Shown here piece after piece: positions 12,220-21,500 of a stretch of DNA of 64,000 nucleotides. The position numbers were made by a program, and so were the translations under genes. The stretch is from the NCBI RefSeq assembly GCF_003334305.1, contig NZ_QOWS01000023.1. The stretch is one strand, 5' to 3'. The notes below the pieces were generated by a model. The model was not told the origin of the DNA, ran no database searches, and worked only from the letters and a program-made list of their open reading frames with translations. The stretch's first letter is position 1; each line of letters opens with the position of its first letter. Source of the stretch: Escherichia coli. GTDB lineage: Bacteria; Pseudomonadota; Gammaproteobacteria; Enterobacterales; Enterobacteriaceae.

Positions 12220-12687
12220 ATGTCTGCCGTACTGACTGCTGAACAAGCCCTGAAATTAGTGGGTGAGATGTTTGTTTATCACATGCCATTTAACCGCGCA
12301 TTGGGGATGGAACTGGAGCGTTACGAAAAAGAGTTCGCACAGCTGGCCTTTAAAAATCAGCCAATGATGGTGGGCAACTGGGCGCAAAGCATTTTGCACG
12401 GCGGGGTCATTGCGTCGGCGCTGGATGTCGCCGCCGGTCTGGTGTGCGTGGGAAGTACCTTAACCCGCCACGAAACCATCAGTGAAGATGAACTACGCCA
12501 GCGGCTATCGCGGATGGGGACCATTGATCTTCGCGTTGATTATCTGCGCCCAGGCAGGGGCGAGCGTTTTACTGCTACCAGTAGCCTGTTGCGTGCAGGC
12601 AATAAAGTCGCCGTCGCCCGCGTTGAATTACACAATGAAGAACAGCTTTATATTGCCAGTGCCACCGCCACCTATATGGTAGGTTGA
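12220..12687 (+). CDS. yigI: hotdog-fold thioesterase YigI (155 aa)
   Basis: ORF track 12202-12687; ATG at 12220 ([37 protein letters not shown]...) gives the 155-aa length I recall. Confidence 0.8.
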   Translation: MSAVLTAEQALKLVGEMFVYHMPFNRALGMELERYEKEFAQLAFKNQPMMVGNWAQSILHGGVIASALDVAAGLVCVGSTLTRHETISEDELRQRLSRMGTIDLRVDYLRPGRGERFTATSSLLRAGNKVAVARVELHNEEQLYIASATATYMVG

Positions 12688-12738
12688 AGACATAAAAGCA
12701 GGTAAACTGCTGTTACCAATTAAAAATGAGTATTCCCG

Positions 12739-13626
12739 ATGGATGCAAAACAAACGCGGCAGGGCGTATTACTCGCTCTTGCCGCTTATTTTATTTGGGG
12801 TATTGCGCCAGCGTACTTCAAGTTGATTTACTACGTGCCCGCCGATGAAATCCTGACGCATCGCGTGATCTGGTCGTTTTTCTTTATGGTGGTGCTGATG
12901 AGTATTTGCCGCCAGTGGTCCTATTTAAAAACGCTGATTCAGACGCCACAGAAAATTTTTATGCTGGCAGTCTCTGCCGTGCTGATTGGTGGCAACTGGC
13001 TACTGTTTATCTGGGCGGTGAACAATCACCATATGCTGGAAGCGAGCCTTGGTTACTTTATTAACCCGCTGGTGAACATTGTGCTGGGGATGATTTTCCT
13101 CGGCGAGCGATTCCGCCGGATGCAATGGCTGGCGGTGATTCTGGCGATATGTGGCGTGTTAGTCCAGCTGTGGACTTTTGGTTCGCTACCTATTATCGCG
13201 CTGGGACTGGCATTTAGTTTTGCCTTCTACGGTCTGGTACGCAAGAAGATTGCCGTTGAAGCGCAAACCGGCATGTTAATCGAAACCATGTGGCTGCTGC
13301 CCGTGGCGGCAATTTACCTGTTTGCTATTGCCGACAGCTCAACCAGCCATATGGGGCAAAACCCGATGTCGCTGAATTTACTGCTGATCGCCGCCGGTAT
13401 TGTCACTACCGTACCGCTGTTGTGTTTTACCGCCGCTGCCACGCGCTTGCGTCTCTCAACGTTAGGCTTTTTCCAGTACATTGGCCCGACGCTGATGTTC
13501 CTGCTGGCTGTGACGTTTTATGGTGAAAAACCGGGTGCCGATAAGATGGTGACTTTCGCCTTTATTTGGGTGGCGCTGGCAATTTTTGTTATGGATGCGA
13601 TTTATACGCAGCGTAGAAAAAGTTAA
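12739..13626 (+). CDS. rarD: EamA/DMT-family transporter RarD (295 aa)
   Basis: ORF MDAKQTRQGVLLALAAYFIWGIAPAYFKLIYYVPADEILTHRVIWSFFFMVV... polytopic membrane protein; synteny. Confidence 0.9.
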   Translation: MDAKQTRQGVLLALAAYFIWGIAPAYFKLIYYVPADEILTHRVIWSFFFMVVLMSICRQWSYLKTLIQTPQKIFMLAVSAVLIGGNWLLFIWAVNNHHMLEASLGYFINPLVNIVLGMIFLGERFRRMQWLAVILAICGVLVQLWTFGSLPIIALGLAFSFAFYGLVRKKIAVEAQTGMLIETMWLLPVAAIYLFAIADSSTSHMGQNPMSLNLLLIAAGIVTTVPLLCFTAAATRLRLSTLGFFQYIGPTLMFLLAVTFYGEKPGADKMVTFAFIWVALAIFVMDAIYTQRRKS

Positions 13627-13636
13627 GAATTAACAT

Positions 13637-13662
13637 GGGTAGGCCGTTTAATGAGCCTACCC
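13637..13662. terminator. stem-loop between convergent rarD and the 114-aa ORF
   Basis: gggtaggc ... gcctaccc inverted repeat followed by a T-run on the + strand. Confidence 0.45.
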
Positions 13663-13672
13663 ACTGACTTAT

Positions 13673-14017
13673 TTATCTTTTTTTGAAAAAAATTAAGATA
13701 AGAAAAAGAACAATATTTGTTACAGGAAGTACCCCCAAAACTCCCCAGTACTTACTCCATCCTAGAGACATCGTATATCTACCAAGGATTTGACAAAACC
13801 CAAAACTTAACCCTATACCTATACTTCTTAAATTTAATGTCGTAGTCAGGCTTAAAATAAATAGAACAAGGATGGTAATAGCCCACCACAATAACCATGC
13901 CTTAACAAAATCAGATTTTTTGCTGTAAGGTTCTTTACCCAAGAACAACTGCCAAAAGTTACCATTCCCCATATAGAATCCATTCCCCAAGATATTGTTT
14001 ATAGAATAAAAATACAT
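13673..14017 (-). CDS. hypothetical small hydrophobic protein (114 aa), AT-rich
   Basis: ORF MYFYSINNILGNGFYMGNGNFWQLFLGKEPYSKK... with two hydrophobic stretches; lies in low-GC DNA; no family recognised. Confidence 0.4.
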   Translation of the reverse strand: MYFYSINNILGNGFYMGNGNFWQLFLGKEPYSKKSDFVKAWLLWWAITILVLFILSLTTTLNLRSIGIGLSFGFCQILGRYTMSLGWSKYWGVLGVLPVTNIVLFLILIFFKKR

Positions 14018-14292
14018 TCCAATTATATAATTAAAATATACCCCATCAATAAAAACTTACACACTCTAAATTACTACTGTATAGTTATCAATGCAAAGAC
14101 TGCTATATTGCATATATATGCAAACCTCATAATTCAGGTAATATATATATTCAAAACAATTATATATAAAAAACAATGTAAAAAATATTCAAATCATCCA
14201 TCAGAAATATATTCTACCCATCCAGGCTTGAGCATTTATCACGCTTTCAGTTCATAATCTATACATTAACATCATGGTCAATATTAATAACT

Positions 14293-14571
14293 TTGAATGA
14301 TATCAACCTGGCTTTGAGTTTTATTCTGGTTATTAATAATACCTATGTAAATATCAATATTGGAGCAAAAAGAATAAGAGATACTGGATGTAAGGCAATC
14401 TACTTTGTATTGATTTCATTGGGTTTGACACTTTTTTCTATTATCTCTGCAGCAATTGAAGGGGTGAGATGTGAGTCATTAAGCGTCCAACTCAACGTGG
14501 CATGGATATTATTCACAACAATTATATTATCTGCGATTCCCTCGGCTAAAATGTCGCTGTCAGCACACTAA
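14293..14571 (+). CDS. hypothetical small hydrophobic protein (92 aa), AT-rich
   Basis: ORF MNDINLALSFILVINNTYVNINIGAKRIRDTGCKAIYFVLISLGLTLFSIISAAIEG...; divergent from the 114-aa ORF across a very AT-rich spacer. Confidence 0.35.
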   Translation: MNDINLALSFILVINNTYVNINIGAKRIRDTGCKAIYFVLISLGLTLFSIISAAIEGVRCESLSVQLNVAWILFTTIILSAIPSAKMSLSAH

Positions 14572-14588
14572 CTTACTCACAGCGACAT
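14551..14588. repeat. perfect 10-bp inverted repeat (atgtcgctgt ... acagcgacat) spanning the 92-aa ORF stop codon
   Basis: Read directly; lies immediately before the corA-like fragment. Confidence 0.5.
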
Positions 14589-14595
14589 CGTATAG

Positions 14596-14738
14596 TTACA
14601 GCCAGTTCTTACGCTTAAAGTACAGATACGGTGTCAGGCCCGCAAGGATCATAAAGATAATCGCGCCAGGGTAGCCAAAGCTCCACTTCAGTTCTGGCAT
14701 AAACTCAAAGTTCATGCCATAGCTGGAGGCAATCCGCG
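14596..14738 (-). pseudogene. diverged duplicate of the corA 3' end (last ~43 codons plus stop)
   Basis: Reverse-strand translation ...[43 protein letters not shown] matches the CorA C-terminus encoded at 16307-16449; ~143 nt alignable with several mismatches; upstream part of the 67-aa ORF is unrelated. Confidence 0.75.
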
Positions 14739-14922
14739 TAGGAAAAAGTTTCCTAATCGGTAAATTCAACATTTTGTTATTAACAATGAGCAAGACCAAT
14801 CATTAACGAGGTTCTCTTCAGAGATGTAATGAAAAAATGTGAAATGTACTTCTTTTTTAAATATTTTTTTACCCTAGCATTTGTTCTCGAATTGACATTG
14901 AGCTTAAATATAACCAAGGCAA

Positions 14923-15777
14923 ATGCAAATGAATAACATATTACTTCCGCCAATTAATATTCCCTGTACACTTTTCGAAACTATTAGTTTATTCGATGAT
15001 TTTTCTGCTGATGATATGCAATATGGTGATATGGTAGAACAAGACTTTCTCTCACTCGGCCTAAGCGATATCTCAGCAAAAGTTGATCCTTACAGACTTA
15101 TTAAATACCATTTCCCTGGCCCAGGTTCTATTAATGTTGCTTTTAGTGCCTCAAGTTCCGGAACAAAAATATCACAACGTGAATGCACTGATATTTTATT
15201 TGCAGAAATGAAAGAACTAGCAAAAATGTTTTCCTTTTTTGGACAAAATAAAACACTTATCGAAGATCTGATTGAACATTTTAGATATAGAAATGGCAGC
15301 AATTTTCATAGCCAACAATTAAATTTATCTTTTCATGAAAAAATAAATAAATATGGTTATAATAGTCCAATACGAATAATCAAAGAATGTATCGAAAATG
15401 GCATTAATTCAACTCCCTCGACAGGATACCAACCTCTTATCCTGCAAAGCATTAAAACCAAATTACTTTCATCAAGACTAAATAAATTTAATGACTTCGA
15501 GGACAGTTTTAATGGCTTAGGAATCAGTGTTCATGATATTTCAGCTCAAAAAATATCTCTTTTAAGTTTTCAAAACTACGCTATAGGATGGAGTGCAACA
15601 ATTCATTTTGTAGCACAGGACCACTTCGGTCTTGATGTAACTGATATCAAAAACAAGACTTACAGCAAATATAGATTTTTTCGCATATGGTTCTTTTTAC
15701 AACGGCATAAAGACTTTGCTTTCAAACCTTTTTTCACCAATTTTAACACTATCGAAAGAATCGAAAATTATCTATGA
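14923..15777 (+). CDS. hypothetical protein (284 aa; 282 aa if the second ATG at 14929 is used), no signal peptide
   Basis: Uninterrupted ORF in very AT-rich DNA; aagg Shine-Dalgarno-like motif ~10 nt before the ATG at 14929; stop overlaps the start of the next ORF (ATGA). Confidence 0.65.
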   Translation: MQMNNILLPPINIPCTLFETISLFDDFSADDMQYGDMVEQDFLSLGLSDISAKVDPYRLIKYHFPGPGSINVAFSASSSGTKISQRECTDILFAEMKELAKMFSFFGQNKTLIEDLIEHFRYRNGSNFHSQQLNLSFHEKINKYGYNSPIRIIKECIENGINSTPSTGYQPLILQSIKTKLLSSRLNKFNDFEDSFNGLGISVHDISAQKISLLSFQNYAIGWSATIHFVAQDHFGLDVTDIKNKTYSKYRFFRIWFFLQRHKDFAFKPFFTNFNTIERIENYL

Positions 15778-16253
15778 AAAGCAAACTCCAGAAAATTATA
15801 TTATGTTTATTTCTTCTATGCTGCATCTATAATTTATGGACATTGCGTCCTGTACAGATTTTGTATACATACTCTGATGCTGGCAATTCAGTCTTTCTGG
15901 TCGTTGATCATCTGCCATGGACTGACAGCGATAAAATAAATTGGTATCTGAAGCATCAGAATGAAATTAAAAATCAACATCCCCTACCAGAAGGTAGTTG
16001 GCATACCTGGTATGTCATTGATATCGGTAATGGCTTCACTGACTATAAAAAATATATCGAAGGGCCGTATGAAGATCTCTACTGTTTCCCGACAATTAAG
16101 AGCAATGATAATTGCATCGTGAAAAATTACTTAATGGTTATTAATGAATACCCTTATCGTAACACTCATATTGGTATTAACGATTTTACTGAGTATCAAT
16201 TAACACAAGAAAATAAAATAGAGCGAGTTTTCAATCCGCATGACTTTAAATAA
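15774..16253 (+). CDS. hypothetical protein (159 aa) with N-terminal hydrophobic anchor or signal segment
   Basis: ORF MKSKLQKIILCLFLLCCIYNLWTLRPVQ...; 4-bp ATGA overlap with the upstream ORF suggests translational coupling. Confidence 0.65.
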   Translation: MKSKLQKIILCLFLLCCIYNLWTLRPVQILYTYSDAGNSVFLVVDHLPWTDSDKINWYLKHQNEIKNQHPLPEGSWHTWYVIDIGNGFTDYKKYIEGPYEDLYCFPTIKSNDNCIVKNYLMVINEYPYRNTHIGINDFTEYQLTQENKIERVFNPHDFK

Positions 16254-16271
16254 GACAATTTTTAGAAATAA

Positions 16272-16300
16272 GCCGGATAAAAAAATAGCTTTATCCGGCA
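16272..16300. terminator. bidirectional stem-loop between the 159-aa ORF and corA
   Basis: gccggataaa ... tttatccggc inverted repeat with A/T runs. Confidence 0.5.
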
Positions 16301-16306
16301 CTCATA

Positions 16307-17257
16307 TTACAGCCAGTTCTTGCGCTTAAAGTACAGATACGGTGCCAGGCCCGCGAGGATCATAAAGATAATCGCGCCTGGGTAGCCGAAACTCCACTTC
16401 AGTTCTGGCATAAACTCAAAGTTCATCCCATAGCTGGAAGCAACGAGCGTCGGCGGCAGGAATACCACGGATACCACCGAGAAGATTTTGATGATGCGGT
16501 TCTGCTCGATGTTGATAAAGCCCATCGCCGCCTGCATCAGGAAGTTCACCTTCTGGAACAGGGATTCGTTATGCGGCAGCAGGGATTCGATATCTCGCAG
16601 GATTTCACGCGCCTGCTCCAGTTGCCCACCCGGTAAACGCGCCTTGCGTACCAGGAAGTTGAGCGCACGCTGGGTATCCATCAGACACAGGCGAACTTTC
16701 CAGCCGATATCTTCCAGTTCCGCCAGCGTGGAGAGCGCCTCATCGTACTCATCGCCCTGATGCCCTTCCATAATTACCCGGCTCAACTGCTCCAGATCGC
16801 TGTAGATATTTTCAATTTCATCTGCCAGCTGTTCGATTTTGGTTTCGAACAGATCCAACAGCAGCTCGTAGGCGTTACCGTCCACCATTGACTGGCTACG
16901 GGCGCGCATACGATACAGACGGAATGCAGGCAGTTCACGCTCACGCAGAGTAAACAGACGACCATCACGGATGGTAAATGCCACAGTGGAGTTACCGGCG
17001 TGATCTTCCGCATCTTCAAAGAAGAAGAAGGAGTGAATATGCAGGCCGTCGTCGTCTTCAAAGAAACGTGCCGATGCTTCGATGTCTTCCAGTTCCGGGC
17101 GGGTTGCCAGGCTCTGGCCAAGTTCAGATTGTACGCGCAGTCGCTCGTCGTCGTCCGGTTCGACAAGATCAATCCATACTGCATTTACAAGGGGTTGTGA
17201 CTCTTCGACTTCCAGCCGGGTCAGTCGGTTATTTTCCAGTTGAAATGCGCTCAGCAT
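16307..17257 (-). CDS. corA: Mg2+/Co2+ transport protein CorA (316 aa)
   Basis: ORF track 16307-17272; ATG at 17257 gives [31 protein letters not shown]... and the GMNFE signature near the C-terminus. Confidence 0.95.
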   Translation of the reverse strand: MLSAFQLENNRLTRLEVEESQPLVNAVWIDLVEPDDDERLRVQSELGQSLATRPELEDIEASARFFEDDDGLHIHSFFFFEDAEDHAGNSTVAFTIRDGRLFTLRERELPAFRLYRMRARSQSMVDGNAYELLLDLFETKIEQLADEIENIYSDLEQLSRVIMEGHQGDEYDEALSTLAELEDIGWKVRLCLMDTQRALNFLVRKARLPGGQLEQAREILRDIESLLPHNESLFQKVNFLMQAAMGFINIEQNRIIKIFSVVSVVFLPPTLVASSYGMNFEFMPELKWSFGYPGAIIFMILAGLAPYLYFKRKNWL

Positions 17258-17626
17258 GACCGGGACTCCCAATGCTTAAAATATCGGACAGTTCGGTGGG
17301 CACACAGAAACAAATTGGGTTTCAGACCATTAAACAGCCTGACTCAGCGCGACGGGAAAAATTGAGGTCGCTGACAACCGCTAAGGCTATCAGCAAAAAG
17401 GGATAGCCTTAGGAGTTGATCCTGGATGACAGGATAGTGAGCCAGTATCTACTGGGTGTGTCCAAGGCGAATGTCCTCTTAGAGTGATCGTGCGCGCATG
17501 TTACGCCAGCAAAATTTTGCCGTCAACACGCAACAGAACACCACAGAACAATAGTTGAACTTCGCGCTTTTTGGTACTCGTCAAGGTCGCTAACAGGATA
17601 AAAAAATCCAACATCCAGGACCTATA

Positions 17627-18391
17627 ATGGCGCATCGGCTACTCATTGGTAAAGGAATGATCACCTTGAATCTCAAACGGATTTTTCTCACCCTCACCTT
17701 ACTTCCCTTGTTTGCTGTTGCCGCTGATGATTGCGCACTCTCAGATCCGACGCTGACCGTACAGGCGTATACCGTTAATCCTCAAACAGAGCGGGTGAAA
17801 ATGTACTGGCAAAAAGCCAATGGCGAAGCGTGGGGAACTTTACATGCTCTGCTGGCGGATATGAATAGTCAGGGTCAGGTGCAGATGGCGATGAACGGCG
17901 GCATCTATGATGAAAGCTATGCGCCGCTCGGTTTGTACATCGAAAACGGTCAGCAGAAGGTGGCGTTAAATCTCGCTTCAGGTGAAGGGAATTTCTTTAT
18001 CCGTCCTGGCGGCGTGTTTTATGTCGCGGGAGATAAAGTCGGCATCGTTCGTCTGGATGCCTTCAAAACCAGTAAAGAGATTCAGTTTGCGGTGCAGTCA
18101 GGGCCAATGTTGATGGAAAACAGTGTAATTAATCCGCGTATTCATCCCAACGTCGCCTCACGTAAAATTCGTAACGGTGTTGGGATTAATAAACATGGGA
18201 ATGCCGTGTTTTTGTTGAGCCAGCAGGCGACAAATTTTTATGATTTTGCCTGTTATGCCAAAGCGAAACTGAACGTTGAGCAGCTGCTTTATCTTGATGG
18301 CACGATTTCACATATGTATATGAAAGGCGGGGCAATCCCGTGGCAACGCTATCCTTTTGTCACCATGATTTCCGTAGAGCGGAAAGGTTAA
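17627..18391 (+). CDS. yigE: exported protein YigE (254 aa)
   Basis: 254-aa ORF with N-terminal signal-like segment; synteny between corA and uvrD. Confidence 0.8.
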   Translation: MAHRLLIGKGMITLNLKRIFLTLTLLPLFAVAADDCALSDPTLTVQAYTVNPQTERVKMYWQKANGEAWGTLHALLADMNSQGQVQMAMNGGIYDESYAPLGLYIENGQQKVALNLASGEGNFFIRPGGVFYVAGDKVGIVRLDAFKTSKEIQFAVQSGPMLMENSVINPRIHPNVASRKIRNGVGINKHGNAVFLLSQQATNFYDFACYAKAKLNVEQLLYLDGTISHMYMKGGAIPWQRYPFVTMISVERKG

Positions 18392-18430
18392 AACGATAGT
18401 TTTGTGTCAGATACTGAAGATGGCGCAGAT

Positions 18431-18460
18431 GCCGGATGCGGCGTAAACGCCCTATCCGGC
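18431..18460. repeat. REP element
   Basis: gccggatgcggcgtaaacgccctatccggc between convergent yigE and uvrD. Confidence 0.55.
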
Positions 18461-18537
18461 CTACATGACGTTGCAATTTATTGAATATGAATGATTTTTT
18501 AGGCCAAATAAGGTGCGCAGCACCGCATCCGGCAACG

Positions 18538-20700
18538 TTACACCGACTCCAGCCGGGCGTATGCCGCCACCAGCCATTTAATACCCTGGCCCTGGAATGC
18601 CACCTGCAAACGGCTATGCTCGCCGCTGCCTTCCATATTGACGATGGTGCCTTCACCAAACTTAGCGTGGCGTACACGCTGACCGAGCTTGTAGCCGCTG
18701 TCGTTCTCGACCATCGGCGTCCCCATCCGTTGATGGCTGACCGGACGACTTACCGTAGCGCGCAGGCGCACCTCTTCCACACACTCTTCCGGCAGCTCGC
18801 CGATAAAGCGCGACGGGCGATGGTAAACCTCTTTACCATACAGACGGCGGGTTTCCGCGTAGGTCAGCGTCAGTTTCTGCATCGCGCGGGTTACACCAAC
18901 GTAGGCCAGACGGCGTTCTTCTTCCAGACGCCCGCCTTCATCCAGCGACATCTGGCTTGGGAACATACCCTCTTCCATACCGACAATAAACACCTGCGGG
19001 AACTCCAGGCCTTTCGCCGAGTGCAGCGTCATCAACTGCACTGCATCCTGCCAGGTATCCGCCTGCCCCTCGCCCGCTTCCAGCGCCGCATGGGAGAGGA
19101 ATGCCTGCAGCGGCATTAAATCTTCATCTTCTTCGTTGTAGCTGAACTGGCGCGTTGCCGTCACCAGTTCCTCTAAGTTTTCGATACGCGTCTGGCCTTT
19201 TTCGCCCTTCTCCTGCTCGTACATGGTGCGCAGGCCGGAGTCTTTAATTACCCGGTCAGTCTGTACATGCAGCGGCATATCGGCAGTTTCTTGCGCTAAG
19301 GCATCGATTAATTCCATAAATCGCTGCAAGGCGCTGGCAGCTCGCCCGGCGAGGGCTTTTTCCTGCAACAGTTCACGACATGCCTGCCAGAGTGTTAACT
19401 GGCGATCGCGCGATGTCTGACGTACCACGTCCAGCGTCCGGTCACCAATACCCCGCGTTGGCGTATTCACCACACGCTCAAAGGCCGCGTCGTCGTTACG
19501 GTTGGCAATCAGGCGCAGATACGAGAGCGCATCTTTGATTTCCTGGCGTTCGAAGAAGCGCATCCCGCCGTAAATACGGTACGGCATACTCGCCTGCAAC
19601 AGTGCTTCTTCCAGCACACGCGACTGGGCGTTACTGCGGTAGAGAATGGCGCACTCGGCAAGCGCCCCGCCGTTGTCCTGCCAGGTTTTGATGCGGTTAA
19701 CCACAAAACGCGCTTCATCGAGTTCGTTAAAAGCGCAATAGAGGGAAATAGGCTCACCGTCCGCGCCATCGGTCCACAGTTTTTTACCCAAACGCCCGTT
19801 GTTGTTTTCAATCAGGGCGTTCGCGGCGCTCAGAATATTGCTGGTAGAGCGGTAGTTCTGCTCCAGACGGATAGTTTCAGCACCGGGGAAATCATTGAGG
19901 AAACGCTGAATATTCTCCACCTGCGCTCCACGCCAGCCGTAGATTGACTGATCGTCATCGCCAACGATCATCACTTTGCCGGTATCGCCCGCCAGCAGGC
20001 GGATCCACGCATACTGAATGTTGTTGGTATCCTGGAATTCGTCCACCAGGATATTGGTAAACCGTTCGCGATAGTGCTGAAGGATATGCGGCTTGTTAAG
20101 CCACAACTCGTGAGCACGTAGCAGCAGCTCGGCGAAGTCCACCAGGCCCGCGCGGTCACACGCTTCCTGATACGCCTGATACACCTTCTGCCAGGTCTGC
20201 TCCACCGGATTACCGTAGCTTTGAATATGATGCGGACGCAGGCCTTCATCTTTCTGGCTGTTGATGTACCACATTGCCTGGCGCGGCGGCCACTGCTTCT
20301 CGTCGAGGTTCATGGCTTTGATCAGACGCTTAAGCAGGCGCAGCTGGTCCTCGCTATCGAGGATCTGGAAATCCTGCGGCAGATTGGCGTCCATATGGTG
20401 CGCACGCAGCAAACGGTGCGCCAGCCCGTGGAAGGTGCCGACCCACATGCCGCCCTGGCTGGTGCCCATCAGTTGCCCGATACGATGACGCATTTCCGCC
20501 GCCGCTTTGTTGGTAAACGTCACCGCCATAATCGAGTATGGCGAGCAGTTTTCCACGCTCATCAACCAGGCGATACGATGCACCAGTACGCGCGTCTTAC
20601 CACTGCCCGCGCCCGCCAGCACCAGAAGGTTGCTGCGTGGCGCGGCCACCGCTTCGCGCTGTTTGTCATTAAGGCTGTCGAGCAGGTAAGAAACGTCCAT
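18538..20700 (-). CDS. uvrD: DNA helicase II UvrD (720 aa)
   Basis: ORF track 18538-20889; ATG at 20700 gives [39 protein letters not shown]...; the upstream 63 codons of the track ORF are treated as non-coding. Confidence 0.96.
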   Translation of the reverse strand: MDVSYLLDSLNDKQREAVAAPRSNLLVLAGAGSGKTRVLVHRIAWLMSVENCSPYSIMAVTFTNKAAAEMRHRIGQLMGTSQGGMWVGTFHGLAHRLLRAHHMDANLPQDFQILDSEDQLRLLKRLIKAMNLDEKQWPPRQAMWYINSQKDEGLRPHHIQSYGNPVEQTWQKVYQAYQEACDRAGLVDFAELLLRAHELWLNKPHILQHYRERFTNILVDEFQDTNNIQYAWIRLLAGDTGKVMIVGDDDQSIYGWRGAQVENIQRFLNDFPGAETIRLEQNYRSTSNILSAANALIENNNGRLGKKLWTDGADGEPISLYCAFNELDEARFVVNRIKTWQDNGGALAECAILYRSNAQSRVLEEALLQASMPYRIYGGMRFFERQEIKDALSYLRLIANRNDDAAFERVVNTPTRGIGDRTLDVVRQTSRDRQLTLWQACRELLQEKALAGRAASALQRFMELIDALAQETADMPLHVQTDRVIKDSGLRTMYEQEKGEKGQTRIENLEELVTATRQFSYNEEDEDLMPLQAFLSHAALEAGEGQADTWQDAVQLMTLHSAKGLEFPQVFIVGMEEGMFPSQMSLDEGGRLEEERRLAYVGVTRAMQKLTLTYAETRRLYGKEVYHRPSRFIGELPEECVEEVRLRATVSRPVSHQRMGTPMVENDSGYKLGQRVRHAKFGEGTIVNMEGSGEHSRLQVAFQGQGIKWLVAAYARLESV

Positions 20701-20783
20701 TGGCACCGCCGCGTAAAAATAGGTTGGGCGGAGAAGCGCAACGCCCTCCGCCAAAAAGCTGGGTATATATACAGATTTGCTGA

Positions 20784-21500
20784 TTATATCAGCGAGGTCA
20801 GAGATGCCAACCGGGAAATTTCCAGATGCGGCAGTAAACGGCTGTCCCAGGTTTGCATCAGATCGCCATTTTCCGGTCTGATCCAACAAGCCTGCATTCC
20901 GCTGCGAATTGCCCCACCCACGTCAGTGGTGAGATCGTCCCCAACATGTAAGATCTCGCCGATCGGCACGTTGAGTTTTTCCGCAGCCAGAAAGTACATA
21001 TCGCTGAACGGTTTTGAGCGCCCGTGCGGGCCAGCGCGCAGCACAAACTCAAAATAATCCCCCAAACCAAACAGTTCCGGCTGGGCGTTACCGTTGGTGA
21101 TCGCCACCAGCGGCCATTTCTTCGCCAGCTGTTTTAAGGTGTCGTGAGTTTGCTGCGGGACGTCGATTCGGCTGCGCCATTTGGCAAAGTTAATCATTGC
21201 TGCGTGTGCGCCTGCACTGGCTTCTTCGGCACTCAGCCCGGCGTCGAGCATCGCTTGTTCAATCGAACGAAAACGCCAACGCGTCACGTCGTGATAAATC
21301 TCGGGTTCCGCTTCCCGTACCGCCTGGCGCAGGCGTTGCAGATCTTCATTCTGGAAGCTGCGCAGCGCCGGATGATAATTTTGCACAAAGGTAAGCGCCT
21401 CTCGCTCGGTGCGCAAAATCACCGGACGGTTATCGTAAAGGGTATCATCCAGGTCAAAGGTGAGCGCCGAGATGCGCCCCAAAGGCCGGTAAAAACGCAT
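20784..21500 (-). CDS. yigB: HAD-family phosphatase YigB (238 aa)
   Basis: [37 protein letters not shown]... with the HAD DxDDT motif; synteny. Confidence 0.85.

Noticed and set aside
13627-16306. Searched the AT-rich rarD-corA interval for an integrase, transposase or IS terminal inverted repeats
   Set aside because: No recombinase-like ORF or IS-like termini found; the only junction signatures are the corA 3' direct repeat and a 10-bp palindrome, so no mobile element is called.
20701-20889. 63-codon N-terminal extension of the uvrD ORF in the six-frame track
   Set aside because: The recognised UvrD N-terminus (MDVSYLLDSLND...) begins at the ATG at 20700; the extension is an upstream in-frame reading with no support.
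18481-21057. Plus-strand ORFs of 212 aa and 278 aa
   Set aside because: Antisense to uvrD and yigB; no independent signals.
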